Assembly (NCBI GenBank): GCA_951406725.2
Contig: OX597819.1
Span: 37,386,001 to 37,450,000 of the forward strand
Reading direction: 5' to 3'
Source: Octopus vulgaris
Lineage: Eukaryota
DNA: 64,000 nt
The position numbers and the translations under genes were made by a program. Positions within the stretch are counted from its first letter, which is position 1. Every line of letters begins with the position of its first letter. The notes beneath the pieces were generated by a model that was given only the letters and a program-made list of their open reading frames with translations, was not told the DNA's origin and searched no databases. Below are positions 38,815-51,469 of this stretch, piece by piece.

Positions 38815-40069
38815 CCAAAACTATCTCATCATTTCAAATATAGTTTAACTAATTCTTCTTTATGTAATATTTCCTTTAATTTCACAGAGGCTTGACTGTA
38901 ATTTGAAAAATATTTGGCTGCTATTTCTAGCAAGTAAAGTGACCATATAGAATTGCCTTCCTTGGTTCAAAATATGTTAGTCGTTCATACTGAACAGTGA
39001 TTAATTATATCACTTTGTGTTATGAGTTCAAATCTTTGATATATGTACATGGGTGTGTGCGTTTATGTGAATGTCTACATTTCATGCTCTGCATGAAAAA
39101 GTGCTGAGCTACAAATGGTGAAGTTTGTCATTCTCTGTAAACTACTAGCACAGCATTTTCAGAAACATGTGGAATAAAACCAATCCCTCCCTTGAACAAT
39201 AGATAAAGGTTAGCAACAGGAAGGGCATCCAGTTGTAAAAGACAACCTCAGTAATAAGTGTTCTTTCCCTACCCCCTTTATTTCTTTGCCTCCTCCTTCC
39301 CTGTCTTTGTGACTCCTTGATTTTCTTTTCAAATTTATTTTTCAGATTTACACTTTTTAAATCTCACAACAGAAATTTGAAATGAAGCTCCACCAAATAA
39401 CTGAATTATGAAAATTATATTTTTATGTAAATTATATATTTTATGTAATAATAGTACAGAAAAATAGGTGTAAGAATGAATGATAATTTAATCTGTGTGC
39501 TCCCTTCAAATTTACGGTCTTATAGCAGCAAATGTTCAAAATCAATATCCTGGGAAGCCTAAAGGAAATCTCTATATGGCTATATTTGTGCAGCATACAC
39601 CACACAAAGGCCAATGGATTACATTACATACTTTCAAACTTTGCTTTATTGTTCAATAGTACCTCGTTCTTCATATCTACATTCATATATATGTCACCAT
39701 GATATTTTAAGATATTTTCATTCCAGAGAGGGAATTCAAAGTGAGCTACTGGTCATTAACAGAAACAATAATAAATCATCAGAAAGCACAAAACAAACCA
39801 GATTCAAACTAGATTCCCAGTTTAGAAATAAATAATGGTGTCTTGATGTACTACTAGATATATGTCACCGAGTTTTATATATAAATAACAGTGTTGAGAT
39901 ATACGCAAAGTTTTATATATAAATAACAGTGTTGAGATATACTGCTGACAATGAAAATAAATGTTTAGTAAATATAACAGGGTTTGTCAAAGATAAAAAT
40001 AAACAGAAAATTATGAGTGGCAGAGTGCATGTTTTAAAGTATTTCATCATTGAAAACAGTGTTGTGTGG

Positions 40070-40284
40070 TATTAATAGTTATCGCCAAGCTAATATGGCA
40101 GTCCATAAATATAGGACGAAAGCTACTGTTGATTAGCTCCAAGAGGCCATCACCTCTACCTAATCAACGGCAACTTTCGTCCTATATTTATGGACTGCCA
40201 TTTTAGCTTGGCAATAACTTTTAATTTTCAGTACCGCTGCCGTGGTCTCCTTTAGAGAGACTTAGTAATAATAATATTTCTACT
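40070..40284. mobile_element. Retrozyme-like subfamily B, truncated head-to-head inverted copy lacking the hammerhead
   Basis: 12-bp TSD agtgttgtgtgg at 40058-40069 and 40285-40296; homologous to 16110-16200 and 15847-15897. Confidence 0.8.
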
Positions 40285-41111
40285 AGTGTTGTGTGGGTTA
40301 TAGTTTAAGCACTTTGTAATATTTATGACTGGAAACTTAGAAACCACATCAATCCTCCACGTTATATAAGGGTTGATTCCTGAAAGCTTTGCCATGATGA
40401 GGGAATTCAGTGATGTAAAGACATAGTTTCTAAACTGACTTCCAAGTTATAAGTTGAAATGTATTTCTGTGATGCATAAGAGACTGTACGCATGCATATA
40501 TGAATGTGAAATTATTAATTCTTAGTTATTTTTGGTCATCTCTGGATTGAATATATTGACACTAACTAAACTGTGTGGAGGGAAAGCGTGTGGGTGAGTG
40601 CATGCATGCGTGTGTGTGTGTTTGTATGTGTGTGTGTGTGTGTGTGTGTATGCTTTTTCTGGTTACAGTCACTGAACTGCAGTTAGGCCACCTTTGAGAA
40701 TTTTAGTCAAATCACATAGACCCCAATATATATTTCAGTCCGTTAATTATTCCATCAACTTTAAATCACATGCACGCGCACACACACACATGTACACGCG
40801 CGCACACACACACACACTCTCAATTGTTCAATGTTCCCAGAAAGCTGTGATGTCAATATTAAATATTTATGCTTAAATTTCCCCCCTTTCTTGCCGTTTC
40901 TCTTCAATCTCCTTACCAAGAATCACCATATTGCTATCACTCTTTCTCTCGCCCATTAATCTCTCATCTGTCACCCTTTCACTTCTGTCTCTGCCATTCT
41001 GTTTTTCTTCAAGTACTTTCTCTTCTAGCATCTCTCACTGTTTCTCCCTCCTTCTGTCCTACTCTGTTGGTTAGGATGTTTGTACTCAATCTCCTTATCA
41101 ACAACCATCAG

Positions 41112-41143
<32 letters not shown>

Positions 41144-42461
41144 TTCTCTCTCAGTCTCTCTCCATTTCTTTCCTTCTATTTCAATTGCTCTAGTTCTCTA
41201 TTACTCCCCCCTTCAATCACTCTTCACTTTCATTCACTTCCACCACTCTTTCTTTCACTCACCCAGTCATATTGTTTCTATTCAACCACCTTACCTACAA
41301 CCAACATGCAGCTGCATAAGACTCTCTTTCTTTCTTCCTTTCTGTCCCTCTTTCTTCCTTTAGTCTCTCTCTCGCTGTCTTCCCCGTCTCTCTCTCTCTT
41401 TCTCTCTCTCTCCTGTCACCCTCTCACTCTTTTCACTCTGGCTATATTACTCTTTCTTATTTCACACTCTTGTTCTGGCTGTCTTCCCACCTAGTTGTGT
41501 TGCAAAGATAAGAAATGGATGAATGGAGAACAAAACAGCTTCTTGTGATGGAGCCAATATAAAATGTACCCAGTATACTCCATAGGGTGGTTGGTGATAG
41601 CTAGAGCATCAAACCAAAGAAAGCATGCAAAAGACTTCACTGTCTAATGAGATACAGTTCCCATGCAACCAACAACTCTTACAACTCATGCTAGCATGGA
41701 AAAGTATACAATGCTCACTGGTTCAGAATATGTGTGTGTGCGTGCATATGTGTGTGCACGAGTGTGTGTGTGTGTGTGTGTAAATATATTTATACATGTG
41801 TGTATATATATTTATACATATACCTATGCATATTCATATATGTGTGCATGCATGTTTGTATGCATGTATGTGTATGAATACTCACACACACACACGTGCA
41901 CATATATTCCTGTACATGTAAACATGCGTGTATGCGTGCATACATATATATGTGTGTGTGAGTGTATAGACATATATGAATAGACGCAGATACTTGCACA
42001 CACACACACACACGCACACACTATATGTATGTATATATATCTATAGCTGTCTGTGTGTGTTTGTGTGTGTGCGTGTGTGTGTGCATGTATATATACAATT
42101 ACATATGTGTGCACATATACATATATGCATATACATATGATACTGTGTAATCCAGGACAATGTGTGACATGATGGGGTGGTGATGGCTAACCATACCCTT
42201 AAATTTTTAGGTAAAGATAGTGTGTGAGAGCCAGCAGAATTTTAAATAAAACCCATTAAATGTGACCAGCTAAATGAAACCTTGAAAAGAGATGGATGTC
42301 TCCAGATTATCTACTGTTTAAAGCATGGTTTTAATGAGATGACACAACAGAAGTAGTTTGTGTCTCTTGCTTTGTACTTAAAGCTTTGCTTGGCTTTGAG
42401 TTCTATTTATAGCAGAGGGCTAACCGAAGGCCTTACAAGTGAATTTAGTGAATGAAATCTA

Positions 42462-42901
42462 GGATCTTTTCGGTTTAAACGGCAGTTTTTTCTAGCGGTG
42501 TCATATGAAATTGTCACCCATAATTATGAGCCTAGTATCGACCTATTGCATTTCAATCTATTTTAGGTTTAGGGTTAGTTAGGGTTATTTAGGGTTAAGG
42601 TTAGCGCTAGGGGTGGGGGAGGGTATCTTTTTTTCTTCACAAATGTAAATAAACCCAATATGTTTCTTACATATTCATACTGCACAGAATGTTGTTTACC
42701 TCAATAGACGTCAGTGATTAGTTGAAATTGCAGAAATTGAAGAAAAAAGCAACAACAAATATCTTACAAACTATAGAATTTTCTCAATAAAGCCAAGAGA
42801 AAAAGATGTTTTATAAACACATTCTACCAGTATACGAAGTTTAAAATGTTTTAGTTACCTAGAAATTATGTTAAAAACTGCCATTCAAAGCGAAAAGATC
42901 C
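42462..42901 (-). mobile_element. Merlin-like MITE with (TTAGGG)n
   Basis: 9-bp TSD tgaaatcta. Confidence 0.9.
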
Positions 42902-43159
42902 TGAAATCTAAAAGAAGCTTGTGATGAAGGTATGTATAGACAAACAGACAGACAGATAGATAGATTATACACACACACATACATACATATATATATGTGT
43001 GTGTGTGTATACATATGTAGGCCCAATCTTCCATGTTCTTTTACAGGGTTTAGAAAAACTCAAGGGCTACTGTAATGTGGGGAATATGTTGAATAAAATC
43101 ATAATTAAATGATCATCCTGTGTTTTCTTTTACCCAAAGCCAGGATCATCTCAGCACCC

Positions 43160-43211
<52 letters not shown>

Positions 43212-43250
43212 TATATGTATGTATATTTATATGTCTGTATATATATATAT

Positions 43251-43391
43251 ACTTTATTTAAAAGCAGCAGAAATTCAACAAAACCTGTTTTGTTGAATTT
43301 CTTCTGCTTTTAAATAAAGCATATTACTCTACCCCTGGTATTTGAGTACTCTTTTTTCCATCTTGTTTCACATTTATGTGTTTACTCCGGT
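43251..43391. mobile_element. PLE pseudo-LTR-like element (family of 7721-7852) forming a near-perfect hairpin
   Basis: ctttatttaaaagcagcagaaattcaacaaaac-ct-gttttgttgaatttcttctgcttttaaataaag. Confidence 0.75.
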
Positions 43392-43443
43392 ATATATATA
43401 TATATATATACATACACACATATATACATATACATATGTATGC

Positions 43444-43514
<71 letters not shown>

Positions 43515-43704
43515 ACATCATCATCATCATTATCATCATCATCGTCGTTTAACCTTTATAAGAATTTATAATCTTTCAAAGGAACGAGAAATAATTCATC
43601 GTTTGGAACAAAAGACCTTAAAAGTACACAAAGCCAGAAAGCTATAACTAATAATAAATTGTTGAAAAACCTTTTGCATAATGAAATATACTGCCTGTGA
43701 ATGT

Positions 43705-43745
<41 letters not shown>

Positions 43746-43891
43746 TGCACATGCGTGTATGTGTATCTGCACACACGTGCACATGTGTGTGTGCATGTAT
43801 GTATCATTTCATTTCATTTTTTTCATTTTATCTATTTTCTGCTCATGAGCTGTGGCCATGCTGGGGCACCGCCATTAGGCAGCGTCAATGT

Positions 43892-43963
43892 CTCTCCGGT
43901 GGGGAATCGAACCCCAGTCCCCCGCGTGACAGGCGGGGATACTTACTACTATACTACCGAGGA
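43892..43963 (-). tRNA. tRNA-Asp(GTC) copy, probably a retropseudogene
   Basis: tcctcggtagtatagtagtaagtatccccgcctGTCacgcgggggactggggttcgattccccaccggagag; several stem and D-loop substitutions. Confidence 0.88.
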
Positions 43964-45219
43964 CCGTATATATAATATATATATGCATATATATTATATA
44001 TGTTACACTCAGTAACAAAATGCATATGTACTCCACAATGTACAGGTTTTTACCTCCTTTCCCAAACATTATAATTATATCATAAACAAGCGATAAGGTG
44101 ATGATATGAATAAAGCATTGGACTACCGGTTCTCTGAGTCATGAGTTCAAATCCATTATAGTTATTTCAATTTGCTAATGTTAATAGAAGTGAGGAGAGC
44201 AATGTTTAAATTTATCCCATTTAATTTAGCCTTTGGTCATAAATTATATACCAAGAGAGTTCCTACATGATGGCTTGAGCTGCTAAAAGTAGCAGCCAAA
44301 CTTTCTATCCAATTACAATTTAACTTTTTAAGTAAACAAAGGAAGAACATGTTAGATAATGTAATGATTCATTAACCCTGAAATGATAAGATGATCATAG
44401 CTGAAACCCTTTGATCATCTCTGTCAATAAAGGTCGATCTGGAGTAAAACAATATCCTTCAGGACTGCAAACTTCTAATTATATTAGTACATTTAATTGA
44501 GAATCAATTATCTTTTCCTCACCTCACCTCACCAGAGTTAAGCACTGTTCTTCATGAACCTGAATATCTCTGGTGATAAAGTGTTATGAGGTTTAGATAA
44601 AGGAACTAGAAAGATATGCTTGTTGAAGAGATCTAATAAGACTGAAATATGTCTACAGTTCTCTCCCATACTTACTGGACTAATTAGAACAATATTAGTC
44701 ATTGGCAAACATTGTGTTATTTTTCTTCTTCATTATTCTAATTAGATTTTTAATATTCTAATTAGATTTTTAATATTCATTAACTACAGTATATTAACAT
44801 TAAATTAAGCACAAGTACAACATCTGTGTACAACTCATTGTTTGGCTGTATAAATAGAAAGAGGTGGAAAGCAGCATTAGTAGAGTACTTAATAAAATGT
44901 CTTCTGGAATTCAGTTATGATGCTTTATGTTCCGAGTTCAAATCCTGCTGGGAGTTGGCTATGCCTTTTCTAATTCCAGAAGTGATAAAATAGGTACCAG
45001 TTAAGTACTGGGTCAGTTTTAAATGACATGCCTGTCCCTCATTATTTGTGGCCTTATGTGAATGTTAGGAAAAGAATGTGAGTGAAGAGAGAAGAACTTC
45101 CTAAAACATATCTTTATGAATATCCTTATTGCATTAAATTTTCATGGGAAAGTACTGTTTGGTAGAACTGGAGTCAGTTCTTGATAAGATGACATTGCAA
45201 TATTGTTTTTGTTTCCATA

Positions 45220-45380
45220 AGCGCAGGAGTGGCTGCGTGGTAAGTAGCTTGCTTCCCAACCACATGGTTCTGGGTTCAGTCCCACTGTGTGGCACCTCGG
45301 GCAAGTGTCTTCTACTATAGCCTCGGGCTGACCAAAGCCTTGTGAGTGGATTTGGTAGACGGAAACTGAAAGAAGCCTGT

Positions 45381-45411
<31 letters not shown>

Positions 45412-45470
45412 GTGTGTGTGTGTGTTTGTGTGTCTGTATTTGTCCCTCTCCCCCAGCATCGCTTGACAAC
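45220..45470 (+). mobile_element. SINE family 1, 5' half
   Basis: Matches 7183-7460. Confidence 0.88.
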
Positions 45471-45474
45471 AAGG

Positions 45475-46235
45475 AAACTAAAAAAATGTGTCTACACTTG
45501 GTCAGTGGGTTTCTCATCATGTGACTGCTTCTCAGTTTAAACAAAGAGTTGCTCTCTGCTCATCATTGAAAAGTAGACTTACTGCCAAACCTTTCCTGAG
45601 TAGTATCATCACAAGTGATGAAAAGTGGGATCTCTATAAGCATATCCAACAAAAATGACAATGGTTAGCATCCAATGAAAAAGAATAATTTATCCCCAAA
45701 CAAGGTGTGTTTGGTAAGATATGAAGGGTGTTATCAATCATGAAGTGGCAAACCAAAATAAAACAGTTAATGGAGAGAAGTATTGTTATCATTTGGAAGC
45801 ATTGCACAAAAATTTTCATTAAAAACATCCATCATTAGTTAATTATGAAGAGGTGTTGCTCTTACACAATAATAACCACATATTGCCCAAGTTCCTTGAG
45901 AAAAGATTATAGCTCTAAATATAGAAGTTTTACCTCAACCCGCTTTTTTCTCCCGACTTTGCTCCAACTGACTCATCTTTTCAGATCTTAGCATCTTTGT
46001 TTAGCAGGAAGACTGTTTTATTAATTGTGAAGTGGTTAGAAATGGTATTGAGTGATTCTGTGTTTTGAAACCTGAAAGAATTCTATTCCCACAGGATCAA
46101 CAATTTGCCAAATAGATGGGATCATGTTATCAATAATGATGGGAAATATTATCTTGATTAAATATATCAATTAAGACCCAAAAGGCATGTTTCTTTCTTA
46201 TCTTGAAATGCAACAGGACTTTCTTTTTCAACCTA
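45475..46235 (+). pseudogene. Decayed mariner transposase (3' half) with right TIR remnant
   Basis: FLSSIITSDEKW, LPQPAFSPDFAPTD, HLFRS, INNLPNRWDHVINNDGKYYLD*. Confidence 0.8.
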
Positions 46236-46741
46236 ACTGAACCGCTATTATAGATAATTTATTGTATATAATCCACTTAATTTTCTCTAATTACTTTTAT
46301 TAGGATCTCTTCCCTAGTTTTATATTAAATATCTGATACTATTTGAAAATTCACAAAATTAATTGAATTAGAAAATTTTAATTATTTCGGTTTCCCTTAC
46401 TAGTGTCAAGCTACAAAACATTTGAAGGTAATCATTTTTGATATGTGATATGATTTTATTTCATGCAGTTGATTTAACTAAATGTGTCTACCTATTTCTC
46501 TGTTCTTTGTCCCTCTGTTTTCATTTGGCTAATTTGTTCTGCAAACAGGCATCCCTTGCATTACAGGTTTGCTTTCCTGAAAATCTTGTTATAAAATTGA
46601 ATTATCTGTAAAATGAAATCTGTTCTGTAATATAAGTCGGTGGGAATGTAGGTTTTGCATTACAGAATTTTATGTTACAGTAAGGTTTTCAGGAGCACGA
46701 TACTTCAGTAATGTAGAGGATACCTGCATACATAAACATGC

Positions 46742-47169
46742 GGATCTTTTCGGTTTGAACGGCAGTTTTTTCTAGCGGTGTCATATGAAATTGTCACTCA
46801 TAATTATGACCCTAGAATCGATCTATTGCATTTCAATCTGTTTTAGGGTTAGGGTTAGTTAGGGTTAGGGGTGGGGGAAGGGTATCTTTTTTTCTTCATA
46901 AATGTAAATAAACCCAATCTGTTTCTTAAACAAGGGACATATTCATATGGCAAAGAATGCTTTTTAACTCAATAGACATCACTGATTGGTTGAAATTGCA
47001 GAAATTGAAGAAAAAAACAACAACAAATATCTTACAAACTATAGAATTTTCTCAATAAAGCGAAGAGAAAAAGATATTTTATAAACACATTCTACCAGTA
47101 TACGAAGTTTAGAATTTTTTAGTTACCTAGAAATTATGTTAAAAACTGCCATTCAAACTGAAAAGATCC
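46742..47169 (-). mobile_element. Merlin-like MITE with (TTAGGG)n
   Basis: 8-bp TSD aaacatgc. Confidence 0.9.
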
Positions 47170-47867
47170 AAACATGCCAACAGGTGAGCTTCAACATGGT
47201 AACTCGATTTGTTAGAAATAACAGTCTTATCCCCCTCAAATCACACCCTAGTATCTTAAAAGGACATATTTGATGATGTGATTGTAGATAGACCATGGCT
47301 AAATAAAAAATGAATGGTCACAGCTAACAGGGGTGTAACAAAAGAAGGAAGGCAGAGGTAGAGGGGCACCACCTGTTTTCCTGATGCAGGTGCGAAGGAA
47401 TGCAAAATATCTTCTGGTTTATTAACAATTAACAATTAAGGTGGGAATGCCAATACTATCTTTGTTCTCAAGCATTGAGGACCCTTATTGCGTAGCTGGA
47501 ATGTCTCTGAATATATTTCTATTAGAACAGGGCTGACTAAACAACAATAATGTGTGCATGTGTGTATTTGTGTGTGTGCATGTGTGTGTGTGTGCATGTG
47601 TGTGTGTGTGTGTGTGTGCGTGTGTGTGTGTGTGTGTGTAGACATGTCAGGATATACACTTAATGCTAGAGGTGCAGTGGTCATCTTTATTGCATGTATA
47701 AAAATATCATCTAATTTTGACATTTTATAAATCATATCTTGGTCAATTGCTTATAATTAACATGAATGTCATATTACATTATGTTAAAGTTAATATTTCA
47801 ATAGGAAGCAAAGACTGAAAACCTAGAAAGGTACATCAATTACTCCCTAGTTCTTCTTTATCCCTAA

Positions 47868-48247
47868 TCTCTCTCTATATAAAGCTGAAGTTGTCTGTGT
47901 ATGGCAGGTTTGGTAGCCTTCAACTAACACTATCTCCTCCAAAACCCTGTGGTGCAAGCAGACCAAAATTGAGAGTTTGATAGCAGAAGGCTTGCTCTTC
48001 CTTCCATTGAAAAAATTCAAATCAGACTATGTTAACACCAAAAATTATTTACATTAAAAAGGTCCTTTTTTTTCTATGAAAATCCCTATTTTTTACGATT
48101 TTTTGACTGCTGTGTCGCCCTTTTTCAACCAGAAAAATGTTCACCTAAAGAGAATAACAAGCTACATAATGCAAAATTTTTACTTTTCAAAAATTCCAAT
48201 TCTAAAGGGTCGAAACAAACCCGAGCAACGCCAGGCGATATTGCTGG
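47868..48247 (+). mobile_element. Non-autonomous Helitron-like element
   Basis: 5' TC(tctatataaag); 3' GC hairpin cccgagcaacgccaggcg followed by CTGG|T. Confidence 0.6.
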
Positions 48248-50312
48248 TATTCATTTAAAATTTTCCATGCTCTTCTCTTGGGGACAGTATCACCCACTTT
48301 GAAAACACACTGCTTCTGCCAATATGAAGGAGGCCACAGTAAAGTACCACCAGATAACATGGTTAAAGCCATACTTGAGCAATACAAGCAATCTTGTCTT
48401 CCACTATTTGTATTGTTAATCTAGGTTGCATATCTTGAGGGTCCAATTTTGTTGTTCATTAGCCCTAAAATAGCCCTGATAAAGCAAACCAAGGATGAAA
48501 GTAGTTTTTTTAGGAATGAGGGGAACGGTAAGGTTCTTTGGGCTAAGGTTCAGAGAAGAAGCAGATTAGATGCAGTAACGCTTCCCACACCCCCGTGAAG
48601 CGAAAAGGGAACGTCCTAGCTTTGCATCCACCCTCCCATCCGTTTCCATGAATGGATCAGATCTATGAATCAAGGCGTTCCAGTCGTGACCATTCTGTAC
48701 TTTTTAAAAAATATTTTGTATATATCCGGTTCATCGTTGTCCAAGGCGATCTTTTTTAAAACCATAGGGTGCGTTTTAAGAGATAATTTGGCTGCTGTTT
48801 CTAGCATGTCAGGACTGCTTGGATGCCGCCCCATTGTTTCAGTAACTGGTGGATTGATTCTCTTTGTTGTGTAATTCTTGAACAATTCATAGAATTAAAG
48901 AACTTGGTGTTGGCGTGAGTAGCTAAATATGCAGTAGACTGTATGGTAATGCTAGTATTTTATTTGTATATGTGAAAATACAGGCGTCAGTGTTTGTATA
49001 TGCAGAAGACGGTGGATGGTAAATTTAGTAGAGCCGTGCAACTAAATGATTAGTTCCATTTAGTTTTGTCACTATAAGTTCTGAGTTCAAATCGCACCGA
49101 GGGCGAGTTTGCCTTTCATCTTTCTAAGATCGATTAAATGGTTACCGATCAAGTCCTGGGATTGATTCAATTGTTATAACATTCCTCCCACCAAGTGTGT
49201 TAGAGTAATTCTAAATAGTATATATATATATATTTTAATTAGCACCTGATAGTGATGAAACGTAAAGGGTTTACAATAATTAAAGAATTAGACGAACAAT
49301 TTTGAAGACAATGGGTATTATTAAAAAAATAATAATAAAAGATAACAGTGCGAACATCCTTGAGTTATAGTTTAAACGACCTTGGAAAGTGCAAGAGTAT
49401 TTCCAGGTCAACTTCGAAGGGAAGTGAAAGAAAAAATTTATTATTAAACAACGAATATGCCTGTTTCGCTATAAGAGACTAGAGTCTGTCTCGATCAACT
49501 TCATCCATAACAGTGTCTCCGAGGTATAGTTTTGCTTTGTTTTCATTTACAATTGATTGTTTTTATTTTTGAAATTATTATTATTATTATTATTATATTA
49601 TTATTATTATTATTATTGTGGTTGTTGTTGTTGTAATTTTGGGTAGGGTGTAAGAAGGAAACGGCCTTAAATGTAACACTTTAAAGAGACGATTTTGTCG
49701 TCCGTTTTTTGAAGTTCAAAAAATAATAATAAAAGAGGGGAAAAAAATAATGGTATGGCTCGATTGATGATTTTTAGTCGTCTATACGTCCTTGAAATAC
49801 AGCGATTGCTTTGATCTTTGTGATTATTCTTACTTTAGTTTCCTCTCGAAGTTGATGTGTACTGGGTGTAAGGGCGCACGTGTTTTGTCTATTCCGTCAA
49901 CGTGAGAGGAATCTCTGATATTTGTTATTCATTGGTTAAAGTGCTCCCTTTCGTAGCCACACACCATTTCATATTTATATACACGCTGTTTTTCTTTTTT
50001 ATTTTCATGTCTTCCTAAGCAACTAGCCAAATACACAGAGCTAATTACACCCCCAACCCACCACGCATTATATACACAAACACAGATAATATGCACACAC
50101 TTGATTTCTGTATTAAACACTTCTGTACATACATCTATGCGTGTATGTATATTTATGTAAATATGAATAAATGAATATGTATATTATAAACTAGTAATAC
50201 TAGTTAGACTGTATATTTAGATTAATAAACACTGACAGGCAAATAAAAACTAACAGCGACAACTTCAATGTGACAGCCATATAGTTTCTCGTAGGACGTA
50301 TAATACACCCTC

Positions 50313-50415
<103 letters not shown>

Positions 50416-51348
50416 GATATATGTACAGACACATACACATGTAATCCTCGCTTACATACGTACAGAGCTTAAATGCGGTATTCATATAGTTGGTACTTGT
50501 AAGAGCACTGCTCTGAATTAACCACACACATAGACACACAGAGAAAGAGTAGACGCTTCTCTAAATACACACACGCTCACATACACACGCGCAAGTCCGC
50601 ATACATTCATAGATACACACGCGCGCAAGTGCGCATACACACACACTACCGTACACATACACACAATCTTGGTGGTAAAGCGAAGGCACATTTACTACAA
50701 GCTCCAATCAATTGAAAATAACTTAGACCTAAACGAGATTCTACCTTTCAATTGTCTACATCTTCCCGTGGAAAGCTTTATTGAAAGAAATCTTGCGTGT
50801 ATGTACTGAAACCACTGCTTTTCAGATACCTGGACAAATTTAAACATTTATTCCGATTCATTCAAACACACACACATATATATATAGGTGCGAAAACTTT
50901 ACTATTTATAAACAACAGTAATTTTCTATTATGAAATGAAAGGCTGAAACTGGTATGTATGTAATATAAAAGAAGACACATGTGTGTATGTGTTTACATA
51001 TAATAATCGGTTGTAGAGTTTATGTGTAAATGTAAATATATTTATATATAAATGTGTATTTACTCAAATATTTAGATATATGTATATATACACGAACATG
51101 TGCATAGAATGTGCTTGGTGTAAATGTGCACATATATATATATATCCATATATACAGATTATATATATATCAACACGTTTAGAGCATAGGATGTAAAAGA
51201 AAGATTATTCTCAGATATATTGTTTCAGTTCTTTTGCTATAATTCTTGTCAAATGTTCAACTTAACAAAATTTTCAGTCACTTGAAATCGTGTGTTTGTT
51301 GTTCTTACTTCTGTTTTTGTCCATATTAGTCCGGCCGTCGATCCAACT

Positions 51349-51469
51349 ATGACCAGCAACCTGACATCTGCCCGTGGTCTCAGTTTGAAGGACCTCCTCG
51401 AGAAACAGGATTTTCCGGGTGCCAATGTCACTGCTTCAAAGAAAAAAGGGGAACAGCCTAACGTAGCCG
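51349..51469 (+). CDS. Probable first coding exon of an unidentified host gene (exon 51330-51469): MTSNLTSARGLSLKDLLEKQDFPGANVTASKKKGEQPNVA
   Basis: Pyrimidine-rich acceptor ...ttttgtccatattAG|, ATG in context ccaactATGa, GC-rich open frame, donor G|GTAAGT (phase 1), repeat-poor surroundings. Confidence 0.6.

Larger units (their letters stand above)
37034..39430. repeat. ~170-bp direct repeat (37034-37205 / 39261-39430)
   Basis: ttctttccc...gaaaattatatttttatgtaa present twice with a few substitutions. Confidence 0.85.

Noticed and set aside
39870-39942. Short tandem duplication (agttttatatataaataacagtgttgagatatac twice)
   Set aside because: Ordinary local slippage duplication with no further structure
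40869-41363. 164-aa hydrophobic ORF
   Set aside because: Low-complexity CT-rich DNA
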